Of a DNA stretch of 64,000 bases, positions 1 to 12,667 are shown in pieces; positions within the stretch are counted from its first letter, which is position 1, and each line of letters begins with the position of its first letter. Location of the stretch: positions 37,078,001-37,142,000 of the forward strand of contig NC_045696.1 in NCBI RefSeq assembly GCF_009834535.1, written 5' to 3'. Under the pieces are notes generated by a model. The model saw only the letters and a program-made list of their open reading frames with translations, ran no database searches and was not told the origin of the DNA. This DNA comes from Camelus ferus. Its lineage: Eukaryota. Made by a program: the position numbers and the translations under genes.

Positions 1-999
1 TGTGCATTTCTGTGAGAAAAGGTTCTATGATTGATCATGTGTAATACTTTGAAAATTTGACTGATCGATAAAATGATAAGAACTTGAGAGTGCAGACTCA
101 TAATTATTTTAATCACGTAGCCCCCAAAATGGATTACAAATTGCAGTCCTTATGGGAGATATATAAATAACATATTTCCTTGTATAAAACTGATCATAAT
201 TATGTATTTTTTATTTTGAGAAATATTAAATAATTAAAAAAATCAAAGATAACTGAATATTATAAACTAGAAGAAACCAGATGATCGTCATTGCATTTAT
301 AGAATGCAATCTGTAAATTTCCTTCATTCCTTCAGCACAGATATAGAACAGAAACTTAAACACTTCTAAAACAGACTCGTATCTAGTAACCAATGTCTAT
401 TATATCATTTATTTCTATTTGACTATGTGGGTATTTCAGAAGATCAATGCCAACTCTTAGCTCAGTTAATTAATATGCCACATTAATTTCCTAATTCAGA
501 ATAAAGTGTTACAGATGGTGTTATAAATGCATCCAAATCTTTAAAACTCTGACAATTAAAAGAAGTATGTGATACTTTCAGTATTTTCAGTTAGTTGAAA
601 ATAACAATCACTTATGTATCTTTCTTTCACATAAGAAGATTAATATTTTTTAAGTAACAAGGAATTTATTCAGATTAAAATGAAAATATAAAGTGCTTGG
701 AAATGTTTATGAAGAATTATTCATAGGTACTTCAAATGCCAAGTTTATATTTATGCACATTTAATCATAATATATTCAGGAAAAACAAAATCAAGGAAAT
801 CATTTTTAAAGTGAGAGATTTCTTTAAAAATAAGTACTGTGAGAATATAGCAAAAAAAATTACTAAAGACTCATATTTTGGCAGGGAAACAGCGACATAA
901 GAGATGGAAACAAGGAACCCGATGGGTCTCCATGGGAAGAATTTCTGCTAACATCCAATGTGAATTTATAGCCTAAAAAAGACACTGGGCTGAGTTAAT

Positions 1000-1678
1000 A
1001 TGAAGTGATTAAAAATACATAAAACTTACATTTATATAGCCCGTAGAAAGAATCCTAACATAAACCCAGAACCAAAAAGTATGAAAAGTACAGAAAAGGC
1101 TATAAATACATATGGGGCATGGGAAAAAATTCTCACATATGTGTAATATATGTAATGGGAATCTTAGAAGGAGAACAGAGAGAGATAACAAGACAAAATA
1201 AATATATATAGAAATATTAGGTGAAGATTTTCATATGCTGGTTGAATGCATCAAATTAGTGGCTCAGTAAGTTTTTTAAACCTCAAGCAGGACAAATGTA
1301 ATGCAGACCACTTACAGGTTCATCATAGTCAAACTGCTGATAAAAAAACAAAAACAAAAGCTTAAAAACTGTTGAAGAAAAATCAATATTAGATTAGATA
1401 GTGCTGGGGAAAAAAATCTGCTAGCCTAGAATACTATACCTAGTAAATATGTTTTTCTTAAATAAAGGTAAAGTATTACCATTTTCAGAAAAAAGAAAAC
1501 TAAAAGAGGTATGTATTAAGGGACTATTAGAGTTCTGGAAGAAAGATGATTCCAGGTAAATCTATAGGAAATATGTGAAAGAACGGCAAAGGAGCACTGA
1601 GATACAGTGACTTTTTAAGTAAATGATGATAAGTCTTATGGAGTTTAAGACATATGTGGAAATGAAATACACAGCAAT
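1000..1678 (+). mobile_element. Ancient L1M LINE-1, degraded ORF1 region
   Basis: A-rich sequence with L1 ORF1-type motifs (catcatagtcaaactgctga; cctagaatactatacctag; attttcagaaaaaagaaaactaaaaga). Interrupted at 1679 by an LTR. Confidence 0.7.
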
Positions 1679-2214
1679 TGTTTAGGGGGTTCCTATGACC
1701 ACCCACATCTACAGTAATTCACTAGATGTAGTCACGAACTCAGCATAATTGGCCCCATGGCTTAGATTTATATCAGAGTCACAGCAGCATTGTAACGCAG
1801 TAACACCGTAACATCAGAGACACAGCTGGTTCAGTAAAAGAAAAAGATGTAAGCGGAGTCTGGAGCAGTCCATGTGCAGGGTTCCTACTTCCTTCCGTGA
1901 GAGATCACACAGTGTGCCATCCCTATAGCAGAGAAAATAGAGCATTCCGGTTTGGTTCAGCATTTCAGCCCAGGGAGGTCCGTCTGAGATTCAGGGTTTA
2001 GGTTTTTTATCGGGAACTTTTCATTTGTGCATGCTTTGCTCAACCACCAGACTCTCAGAAGGAAAGCAGATGTTCACTGTAAACCACACTGTAGCACAGA
2101 GGAACAGCTTATCAGTTAGCAAGCATTTCAGAATCTACGTTTCCAGATGGTAGTCAAACAGCCCCTTCCAAACATAGCAGCCTCAGGCCTGCTTTATTAA
2201 CCCTTTTCTGCACA
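1679..2214 (-). mobile_element. MER21/MER77-family ERVL solo LTR inserted into the L1
   Basis: TG...CA termini. Minus strand begins tgtgcagaaaagggttaataaagcaggcctgaggctgctat, as in MER21-type consensus. Flanks gcaat/gtaac may be a degenerate 5-bp TSD. Confidence 0.8.
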
Positions 2215-3395
2215 GTAACAGTAGCCAAAAAATGGGAAGGGGAAGAAAAGTTAAACTGTTTAGGGTTCTTTCATTGCTCAGAAAGTGATCAGTTTTTTTT
2301 GTGTGTATGGGTTTTTTTGTAATCTCTAGAGCAGCAACTAAAAGGATCTAAAACTAAGGATCTAAAACTAAAACTAAGGATCATACTGTTAAGATAGCAA
2401 GAAAAGTAAAATGGTATTAAAATACCTGGCTGATGTGAAAGAAGGTAAGAAATAAGAAATAAAAGGAAAAAAATAGTGCCATAAATAGATAACACAGAAC
2501 AAGTTGATAGATATAAACTCCAGGGTATCACATATTGATGTAATAGTCCACCATAAAACAGAGATTGCCAGACTGGAAAAATAAACAAAAAGACAAAGCA
2601 ATTGAACTAAAACCCAAATATATGATATTTATAAGAGTACACTTTAAATATAAATATATAAAAAATTTGAAAGCAAAGAAATGGGAAAGATATGCCATAT
2701 AAATGTACCAACCAAAGAACACTGGTAATGGTATCAGACAACAGGATGTATCCAACAAGAGTGAATAACAGCGCTAAATTTGAATACATCAAACATAGTT
2801 GTATAGAGAACACAATAGAAACATAATATTAAAGTGATATTTACATTTGCAAATGCCAAGGGGTAAATTTAATGAAGTATTTTCAAGACTTCTACACTGA
2901 AATCTAGAAAACATGATTGAGAAAAATTTTAATAAGACTTAAATAAATAAAGGAAAATACCATGTATGTTGATAAGAAGGTATATTATTATAAAAATACC
3001 TATTTTCCCAGATTGTTATATAGATTCACAGCAAGCTCGATAAAGATTCTCAAAATAGCCTCAAAAAGCCAAAGCAATTTCTAACTAGAAGAACAAATCC
3101 CAAAGGTTATACTGTCAGATATTAACCTCAGAGAAAGTTATATTAATAAAAACGATGTAGTACAACTGTAAAAAGTAGATAAAGATACCAATGAAACAGA
3201 CTAGTAGTATGGAACCTGGCTACACATGTGTTGTTATCTGGTTTCACGGAGGGGATGGTCTTTAATTCTGCTTGGTCAGGTAATTGGGAGAGGCATCTGA
3301 GAGCTTTCTGGGATGCTGTAAACATTTCTCATTTAACCATGGTTACATACATGTATACATATGTTCTCCTATTATTTGTATACTTCACTCAATAA
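2215..3395 (+). mobile_element. Continuation of the ancient L1M (inter-ORF, ORF2 fragments, L1ME-like 3' end)
   Basis: cagagattgccagactggaaaa, atgggaaagatatgccata, tatagattcacagcaa, and a 3' end ...ttatttgtatacttcactcaataa. Confidence 0.7.
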
Positions 3396-4459
3396 CAGAA
3401 TGAAACTATGTTCTATGAATTACCATGTCTGTTGTTAATACCCCTTAATAAGGTGTGGGTTTATTCCATAGGGTGTGAATCTAGCAGCAGTAAAAGGTCC
3501 AAAGGTTAAAATTCACACAGAGTCTCTGCACTGGGTGACGAGTAATGGACTCGTGGGAGAGTAATGGTCTTACAAGGGAGAATTAGTGTTCCACAGGCAA
3601 CTGGGTTGACATAAATCAATAGAAGGTAAATAAGTGTTGGAGAAATGGTGCACAGAAAAATTAGGAGACTAAAAGAGTACTAAAGGTTTCTCTTAACAGG
3701 AATTATTCTTTGAAAATTTTGGAGACATCGTATATGGGACACATCCTGGGGAAAAGATTATGTCATGAGAATTAATGATCAAACGATAGGAGACTTGGCA
3801 GGTGTCAGAAACAACAACTTTGAATATGCAGAGGTTTAGGGAACATAGAAAATTCATATGCTTCAGACAGCTGAAGGTAAGTGTTAATTCTGAAATTCTA
3901 ACATGATAATTGGAAAGCCTAACCTGCTTGCATTGCAGATATTTCAGGAAAAATTGAGAAAAACCTAAACAGGCAAGTGAGATTATTGGTGGTTCTCTCC
4001 AGTGAAGCTCTACTTTACTGCCACTGTCCATTGTCTTTAAAATACTTTACAAGACTATAACTGTAGAAAATGGAAAATAATATAAATTATTCATTTCTGT
4101 AAAAATACAATTAAATTGTATCCAGTAAAATTCAAGTGACTATTAATCTGTGAATAGTGACTTCTTTTGCATTTATATGAAAATTCATTTCAGCTTTCAT
4201 GATTATCTATTTACATGCATTCATTGAATTCTCCTTTGAATCAATATTTAATTTTATGTAAAATTTTGATGTGTTCTTTTCATCCTTATGAGAAGTATGG
4301 TCTGATATCTTTTCTAAGAAAATATTCCCTAACAGATGGAAGATGAGGCTCTTAAATTGTGAGTAGTAACTATTAAAATGGTGCTTTGGACTTCTGGAGT
4401 TAAAATAGCAGATTAAAGCTTTGTCTGTTTCCTTGTACTTCTTATTATCACATAATCTA

Positions 4460-5050
4460 AAATGGTGCAGCAGCCATGGGAAACAGTATTAAGATTTCTC
4501 AGAAACATTTAAAATAGAACTACCATATGATCTAGCAACCCTGCTTCTGGGTATGAATCCAAAAGAATTGAATTTGGGATTTTGAAAAGATATTTTCCCT
4601 TACAGGTTCATTGCAGCATTATTCACAATAATCCAAAAATACCCAAGTGTCCATTTACAGGTGCATGGATGAAAGACATGTAGTATATAAACACAGTGGA
4701 ATATTATTAAGCCTTAAACAAGAAGGAAATCTTGCCATTTGTGACAATATGGATAAATCTGGAGGGCAATATGCTAAGTGAAATAATTCAGTTGAAGGAC
4801 ACATACTGCATAATTACACTTAAATAAGGTATCTGAAATAGTCAAACCCATAGAAGCTGAGAATATATAGTGGTTGCGAGGAGCTGGGGGGTAAGGAGAT
4901 GTAAAGCTGTTGTTCTAAGGGTATAAAGGCTCATTTATACTAGCTGAATAAAATCCTAGAGATTTGCTGTGTGACATAGGGCCTGTAGTTATCAGTGGTA
5001 TTTTCTAGTGCAAAATTTTTTAAGTGGGTAGATTTCATGTTAAGTGTTCT

Positions 5051-5086
<36 letters not shown>

Positions 5087-5258
5087 CAAAACTCCCCAAA
5101 ACACGAGTGAACTTTGGGAGGTGCTGGGTAGGTTTAATACCCTGATGTGATGATTCTATCATGGGTATTTGCATATATCCAAACTTATCAAATTGTACAC
5201 ATTAAATATGTGCAGCTCTTTGTATATCAATTATACTTCAATAAGGCTGTTAAAAATA
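4460..5258 (+). mobile_element. L1MA-like (about L1MA9/10) ORF2 end and 3' UTR
   Basis: aaaatagaactaccatatgatctagcaacc, ttcattgcagcattattcacaata, and terminal tcaattatacttcaataaggctgttaaaaa. Confidence 0.85.
5053..5084. repeat. (AC)16 microsatellite within the L1 3' UTR
   Basis: Read directly from the sequence. Confidence 0.95.
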
Positions 5259-5269
5259 TAACATGAAAA

Positions 5270-5740
5270 ATTAAACAAATAAATCAAAGAAAAGCTATCC
5301 AAAAACCTCTATGTGGAAAAAAATGAAACAAATTGAAAAATAATTGGGAAGACCTAAATAGGTCTTCAGATATAGCGTAATCATTATTTGAAAGATTTCT
5401 CACTGTAAAATTATCAATTTACTGAACATTATCAATAACTTAGTGCAATTCAATGGACAATTCCAATGTTTTTCATTTTAATAATTTGATGTACTGTTTT
5501 ATAGAACTTGGTAAGCTGATTCTAATTTACAGTGAAATGCAAAGGCCAAATATAGGCATGGTACTTTTGAAGGAAAAATAAAGGTGGAAACTTGTTGTAC
5601 TGCACATCACGCACCTTTATCCAGCCTTGGTAACTCAGGCAGTGTGGTGTTGAGCAGGGATAGACAGATCAGTGGAAAGAACAGTGGCCCAGCTGAAAAC
5701 ATAGGTATATATGATCACTTGATTTACAATCAGGTGTAAC
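5270..5740 (+). mobile_element. Old L1 ORF2 fragment
   Basis: gaagacctaaata; agaacttggtaagctgattcta; gatagacagatcagtggaaagaa. Confidence 0.65.
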
Positions 5741-6804
5741 TTAACCCACTAACATGTAAAGAAATGCTCAGTTTTATTAGTAAAGAGGGAAATATACTCA
5801 GTCTTCTTGAAAGGGGCAAAACCCAGCCAATTTCCTTAAATAGTACACACTCTGCCCTTCTGTTTCCTTATGGCTTATGTACAACTATGCAGTACAGTAG
5901 GTTTTAGTTGGCATTACTGTTAATATTAATGAGATTTTGTCAAGCTGGGTGGTTTGCCCTCCTCCTAGTAATCCCAACTTCAATTTTGTGAGATTGTTTT
6001 CTATTGTATCATCTGCACAGCAGTAAGAGAGAAATAACAATAAGCATATTGACTATGTTGCACTTGGATGATTTATTTTGTATGCTTCACTATGATCGTT
6101 TTGTACTTTTTTATTTTAATTTTTTGTCAAAAGATAAAAATTCTACATTCATGCACTTTGCAATACAGTTTTGTTCTTTAGTTATCTGTGACTAATTTGC
6201 TGATGAAATAACTAAACTTCAGAAATCAGTATTTTGAGTTGCATTTTTATTAGTGTCACTTTATCAAAAAATACTTCTGACAATTTATTCTATTGACCTC
6301 TCCACTAACTAAATTTATCTTATAGACATTTGTGGAATTTATTATAGTTCAAGGGGAACTACCATCAGGATTAATACCTTCTCATTTTGAATAATGGTGG
6401 AGCTGAAAATTAATGTTGCACACAACTTTATGATAGATAACTAAGTTTTAAAACACATACTTTGGAAGATTTTTGAATTATTATGTTTTAATTTATATAT
6501 CTACAATAATTAAATTTTGCATATTTTCTAGTAGAAAAAAAGGAGAAAAAGAAATCCTTTCCTTTGTTCTTTCTTTTTAAAATGATTTTTTTTTCAAAAT
6601 TCTACAATGAAGAGATGCATTTTCACCTGTGTTGTTTTCAAATATGAGGGTTAGAGAAGCAGACATTTCATAATAAGGCTTATCAAAGTTTGACTTTACA
6701 AAATGATTTTCCAAATGGGCATTTTTCCATTTTACTATTTCCCCGTCCTCAGCAGACTCATTCCTACTTTCTGTAGGCTATTTCCTTGTCCAAACCTGTT
6801 GACA

Positions 6805-7005
6805 CAGGTTTGGAGAATTCTGATTCTCACATTTTTCTGCCATTTGTGTGATGTGAGTTATCCAGTCTATCTGAGTCTTAGTGATATCTCTATAAACAAG
6901 CAATAAAATCTAGTTCTAATGTGAAGTAGTGAAGATTAAATGAGGTAAGGCATGAGAAACATTTAGTACTGTGACCAGCACACAAAATTTAGATTAAGCT
7001 ATTAG
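6805..7005 (+). mobile_element. MIR SINE (degraded)
   Basis: MIR core and 3' motifs: ctgagtcttagt...tctataaa; gtgaagattaaatgaggtaaggcatgagaaacatttagtactgtgaccagcaca. Confidence 0.7.
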
Positions 7006-7117
7006 GGTCCTTATTCAGATTTGCAATTTCCTGGCTTGCTTTAATGCCTTTAATGTATACTCAAGAGACAAAATTTGGGGTGTCCTGTATTTTCACTCCC
7101 TGACATAGTAGACTATA

Positions 7118-7212
7118 CAGTCAGCACTCCTACTCGGCAGGGTTCACATCTATGGATTTTGGTATCTGCAGGGGTCCTGGAACCAATCCCCTGCAATACA
7201 GAGGGACAAATG
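7118..7212 (-). mobile_element. Miniature MER2-type (TcMar-Tigger) element
   Basis: Both MER2 termini (cagtcagcactc... and ...ggtcctggaaccaatcccctgcaatacagagggacaaatg), with TA on both sides. Confidence 0.75.
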
Positions 7213-8695
7213 TATCCTATAATTAATCATAACCTTTGGACAGAAATCCTGAGTAAAACTAATTATAACTTTATTTAAATGCCTGTGTTTAGAAGACACT
7301 AGAAAATGTTTTAATTGTTTAAAAATAGGGCAGAGTTTAATTTTGTTTTTATAATATCTTGCAGAAATTGATTTTATTCAATAGATTAAAATAATGAAAT
7401 TTATATAATTTTGGATTTCTGTATTCCTTATTCACTAGAAGCTATTCCACTTCAATATTTATATTGCGCTCAGACAAATAAGAATTCAATATTTAATAAG
7501 CTATCTATAAAAATAATATAATATAGAGATTTAGTAAAACTCACATATTCAAATAATCTTAGAACTATTTACTTAATATTGCTTATTAAATGATTTTCTC
7601 TTTCCCCTAAATTTGAAGGGTAATATCTATACTAAAGTGGAGTTTACACTACTCGTTTTGAACTTATCTGCTTTCCTCAGGTTAGCACAATTAATAAATT
7701 AATGATTTTACACGTTTTAAAGCTGAATTGACTCACCTAATGATATCAGTTTTCTTTCTGGAATACTATTGTTTGATTTTTATTCTTCTTTGTGACTATT
7801 TTACATTTTAAAAAAGCACCTAATGGAAATAATTAGACAGTACATTATAGCACCATCTGCTGTGCATCACAGTCATGTTTTATTGTGGCTCGCTGACAAA
7901 AATTTTGTGAAACTGACATATTCTGCTTTGATAAAATCACTATCTGAAAATGGCAAATTACCTGACATAATATCATATAAAGCATAGTGCAGCTTTTAAA
8001 CACACTTACTTCTCTTCCCACTATGTTACTATTTTTTAATCTAATAAGATTGATTGTAGTGATTGTATAATAGCTTAGAAAGGTTTTTAAACTTAAATAT
8101 TGATAAGTTAAGCAAAAAGAACATTCACAATTTGATTTAAAATTTCTTTCTATTCTTTGAGATTTTTTTTTTGGAATACCTATATTATATTTATTATATC
8201 TTACAACTGAGATTTCTTTATCAATTAAAAAAAGTCCTGTTTACTAAACATTTTCCTTGAAATTATTAGACTCATCTTCATAATTGAATATTTTAAATAT
8301 TATATGGTTTTATTATATACTATCATTCTTTCAATTTGAAAATTAAAGTATGAAAATAGATTTGATAAAAAAAACAATAGTTACATGTCTGGTTTCTCAG
8401 TAAGGTGAAAATCTTTTTTTATCTTATTGAGGCTACTCAAGTATGAAGATGAACAAAAGGAGATGTAACTGTATGAATCTGAATAAAAATGTTAAAATGT
8501 TGGAAGAAGCTGCTGGTGAGAGGAGATTCTTTACGTCTTCTATTCCTTTTCTGTATGTGATTTTAATTGAGCATTTTATAAGATTCCATTTCTCTCCTAT
8601 CTTTTATTTCAGTTACACCTCTTGTTTAGTGGTTGCCTCAGATTTTACCATATACATTTATCACTAATCCAGGTCTGCTTTTAAATAAGGCTACA

Positions 8696-8870
8696 CAGTA
8701 GGCCCTTTGTATCCACTGGTTCTGAATCCAAGGATTATATTTGGGGAAAAAAGTCCAGAAAGTTCCAAAAAGCAAAAATGGAAATTGTTACGTGCTGACA
8801 ACTGTTTACATAGCATTTACATTTTATTGGGTATTATAAGTAATCTAGAGACAATTTGAAGTGTGTACAG
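8696..8870 (-). mobile_element. MER2 (TcMar-Tigger) fragment, truncated
   Basis: cagtaggccctttgtatccac...ttccaaaaagcaaaa...tttacatagcatttacattttattgggtattataagtaatctagaga. Confidence 0.8.
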
Positions 8871-9868
8871 GTGTTTAATCTCCTTGGTTAAATTTATTCC
8901 TAAATGTTTTTTAATCTGTTGTAAATGAGGTTATTTTCTTTATTTCTCTTCCAGATATTTCATTGTTAGCATATCGAAATGCAACTAATTTTTTGTGTAT
9001 TGATTTTGTATCCTGTGACCATTGTGAATTTGTTCCCTAGGTCTGAGAGTTTTTGTAGTAGAGTCTTTAGGGTTTTCTATATGCAAGATTATGTCGTCAG
9101 CAAACTGAGACAATTTTACTTATTTCTTTCTTATTTGGATAACATTTTTTTTTCTTGCCTAATTGCTGCAGTTAGGACTTTTGGTACTATTTTTAGAAAG
9201 AGTGGTTAAGAATCGGCATCCTGGTCTTATTCCTGATTTTAGAGGAAAAACTTTTAGCTTTTCACTATTAAGTATGATTTTATCTGTGGGTATATCATAT
9301 ATGGCCTTAATTATGTTGAAATGTGTTCTATAACTAAGTTGTTGAAAGCTTTCATTATGAAAGATGTTGGATTTCGTCAAAGGCTCTTTATGCATCTATT
9401 GAGATGATCCTACAATTTTTATCCTTCCTTTTGTGTATGTAGTGTATCACATTTATTGATTTGTATATGTCAAACCATTCTTGCATTCCAGGGATATATG
9501 CCACTTGATCGTGATGTATGATCCTTTTAATGTGTTGTTGAATTTTGTTTTCTGGTATTTTGTTAAGGATTTTTTGCATCTACGTGCCTTAGGGATATTG
9601 ACTTGCAGTTTTCTCTTTTTGTAGTGCCCTTATTTGGATTTGGTATCAGGGTAATGCTGACCTCATGAAATGCCTTTGGGATTATTTATTTTTCTTCAGA
9701 TTTTTGGGAAGAATTTGAGAAAGATTGATTTTAATTTATCTATAAATGTTTAGTACGATGCACTAGTGAAACCAACTCATCCTGGGCTTTTCTTTGCTGA
9801 GGGGATTTTGTAACTCTCCATGCCTTCAGTCTCCTTAGTTCTTATTGGTCTCTTCAGGTTTTCTGCTG
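8871..9868 (-). mobile_element. LINE-1 ORF2 reverse-transcriptase fragment (non-functional)
   Basis: ORF-track peptides [31 protein letters not shown] and [33 protein letters not shown] motif at 9093-9104 (-). Frameshifted. Confidence 0.92.
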
Positions 9869-10028
9869 CTAAATGTAAGTGTTCTCACCATAAACACACA
9901 CACACACACACGAAATAATGTTAGGTGCTGGATGTGTTAACTAAACATAGGGTAATCACTTCCATATATATATATATACATGTAACAAATCATCATGTTG
10001 TATACCTTAAACTTATACATATGTCAAT
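9869..10028 (+). mobile_element. L1MA-like 3' terminal fragment with (CA)n and (TA)n
   Basis: aagtgttctcacca...ggatgtgttaactaa...aaatcatcatgttgtataccttaaacttataca...tcaattatatcaaagctgtaaaaa. Confidence 0.8.
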
Positions 10029-10029
10029 T

Positions 10030-10215
10030 ATATCAAAGCTGTAAAAACAATAATATATTAATATTGTCTCATCAATTGTAACAAATGTACTGCACTAATA
10101 CAACATGTTACAAATAGGGAAAATTAAGGGGAAGGAAAAGGGGATGAGATATATTGTAACTCTCTGTGCCTTCTGCTCAATTTTTCTGCAAACCTAAAAC
10201 TTCCCCCCAAAGTCT
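10030..10215 (+). mobile_element. L1MC-like 3' end fragment
   Basis: catcaattgtaacaaatgtac...aactctctgtgccttctgctcaatttttctgcaaacctaaaact. Confidence 0.75.
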
Positions 10216-10479
10216 GTTTTTTTTTTTGAAAATCTATCATTGCAATAGAAACCAAACATATAAAATATCCAATAAGTTGAATGAGAAATATGTCAGATTT
10301 CTAAGAAGAAAAACTATGAATCCTCAATAAAGAATATAAAATAATGCAAAAATAGAAAAAATAAAGATGTATCTTACTTAAAAGGAGAATATAAGGACGT
10401 TTTCAGTTTGTTTTGAGAACTTAAATTATTTTTATCAAAATTGTACTTTGAAATATGCATAAAACTGACAATAATCTTT

Positions 10480-10735
10480 CTAAATCAGTTTTACTGAGAT
10501 ATTTTTAGATAAATTGACTTCATTTACTTCAAGTGAACATTGTTTGCATTCTGTTCACAGTCCTCTCTACTGTTACCACAGTAAAAGTAAACACATTTCC
10601 ATCACCCCAAGGCATTCCCTCATACTACTTTGCAATCAGTCCCGTCCCAACTGCAGAAACTGACAATCACTGATTTTTCTGCCTCTGAGTTTTGCCCTTT
10701 TTACAAGCTTCAAGTGAATGGATTCATATAGTATT
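10480..10735 (-). mobile_element. L1MB/ME-like 3' end fragment
   Basis: cagttttactgagatat...acatttccatcacccca...ttttgccctttt...gtgaatggattcatatagta. Confidence 0.65.
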
Positions 10736-12455
10736 AAAAGAAAAAAAAATTGCTAACTCGATGTTAAGATCCAGTGCTTGTAGAAGTCAAACAAAGAACT
10801 GGACATTCACTCTCCACTGATATATCCTGTCAAAACAGATGGCTGCTCCTTCATACCTAAGTAGTGGGTAGTGCCTGCCTAATTCAGTATTTTTAGTAGC
10901 TCAAAAATTATGACCAATCAGAAGAATGCTCTTTATATACTTCTAAAATACAAGACCCCAAATAGAAATGTGGTCTAACCACTTAGCAATACAATATAGG
11001 AAACACTCCCCTTGAAACCAAGTTTCTAGGCCCACCATTTTTATTACCTGACTTTGTTATATGGATCCATCATTAAACTTCTCTTGAGACTCAGTTTCTC
11101 AAAACAAGGGTACTCTATGATTCAAGACTTCCAGCTACTGAAGAAATACAGGGAAATACTCTGGTATATAACTTATTTTTAGCTCCAGTTCTGACTTACA
11201 CAGTTCTCCATTTTCTAAAAGTGAGAATAATCTGCCACATGTTAAAAGATACCCACTGTTACTAATTAATAGGTTCAATTTTTAATTGAATGGTATATTA
11301 CCTGTGTGAATGTGTATATATAGATTTATATTCAAATATACATATAATCGTGTGTATAATATATAAAATACACATATTAATACATAAATGTGTATAATAT
11401 TTAAAATAATATATCAATTATTTATGGATAGTAATACAATAATAAATATTTATTTGATAAATATTATTTATGTTCCTATCTTAAATACTTTCATTTGGTA
11501 TGAAAATAGAGAGTTTTTTTTACTTTTTAATATGGAATCATGCTGTTTCTTTATCTTTTTTTTTGAGATTCACTCTTCTTTTGTTTAAAAATCCACAACT
11601 GTGGCCATGTTCAGTGTTCTTTCATCTTCTTTGTCTTAAAAGTATCATAATTTTGACAACTAAGCAAATATATTCAACATCTTGCATAATTTACCAAGAG
11701 CTGATAGTTTCACACAGCTGTATTCAAAGCACTGCAAAAAAAAAAAAAATAGTTGCCATTTTTTGTGTGTCTAAGTAATTGAACTGCACCAATACTGGGA
11801 ATTACTTGTTAATTATAATATAAGAATGGTTTATACATTCTGAGTTGTCCCAAAATGCATGTTTTCTGAGCAGCTGTTAGGAGGGCACCTTAGTTTCCAT
11901 CTAAAGTTTCATGTCATAAATGAATTTTTTATAAAGAAATTCCTATGGGAGAGAGTGCATGCATCCTCTTTTTATATTTGATCATTCACACAAAGAAAAG
12001 CGTTTAAGAAATAAAAATGTCTTATTCTAGAAGAGAAAAGAGGAAATTTTTTAAAATAGAAATGTCCAAGGTTCAAGTACATTAAAACATATTATCCTAA
12101 TGTGCCAATAATTTTTTTTAACTCTCAAGTACAGATTAGCAAGTCATTCTATTTGGCATCAGTTATTTTCTTCATAAATGAGGACCCTAGTCTAAATGGT
12201 CTCCAAATTTTCCCTCAAACTCTGTATTTTGCATACAGTTTATATAATTAATTATAAACATATGATCCTGCATTAAAATTTTGTTTTGTAATAAAGCCAA
12301 TCTGTATAATAAAATAATTAATTCTGAGCTAAAAGATACAGGAAAATAATGTATTAAAATTATCTTTCAATAATTGGACTGATACATGGTTAATCACCAA
12401 ATCATTAATGTAAAGTTGGCTTTAGCTACTTGCATATTAAAAGCCTGCTATAAAT

Positions 12456-12667
12456 CAGGGGTCAGCAAACTATAGCCCATAGGTCAAAGTCTACCTGCCC
12501 TTGACTTTTGCAAATAAAGTTTTATTGGATAACAGCCCCACTCATTTATCTACATACAATCTGTGGCTGCTACCATACTACAGCAGCAGAGCTGAGAAGT
12601 GGCAGAGATCTTCTGGCCCAAAATATTCACAGCCTGTCCCTTAATAGAAAATGTTTGCCAAACCCTG
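12456..12667 (+). mobile_element. MER58A (hAT-Charlie) non-autonomous DNA transposon
   Basis: TIRs caggggtcagcaaac / gtttgccaaaccctg; internal aaataaagttttattgga. Confidence 0.88.

Noticed and set aside
3700..3876. Exon-like segment with good acceptor (tctcttaacag) and donor (aag|gtaagt)
   Set aside because: All three frames contain stops and there is no other support; a non-coding exon cannot be excluded.
10910..10942. CCAAT box followed by a TATA-like sequence
   Set aside because: No CpG island, downstream exon or LTR termini, and such motifs are common in AT-rich DNA.
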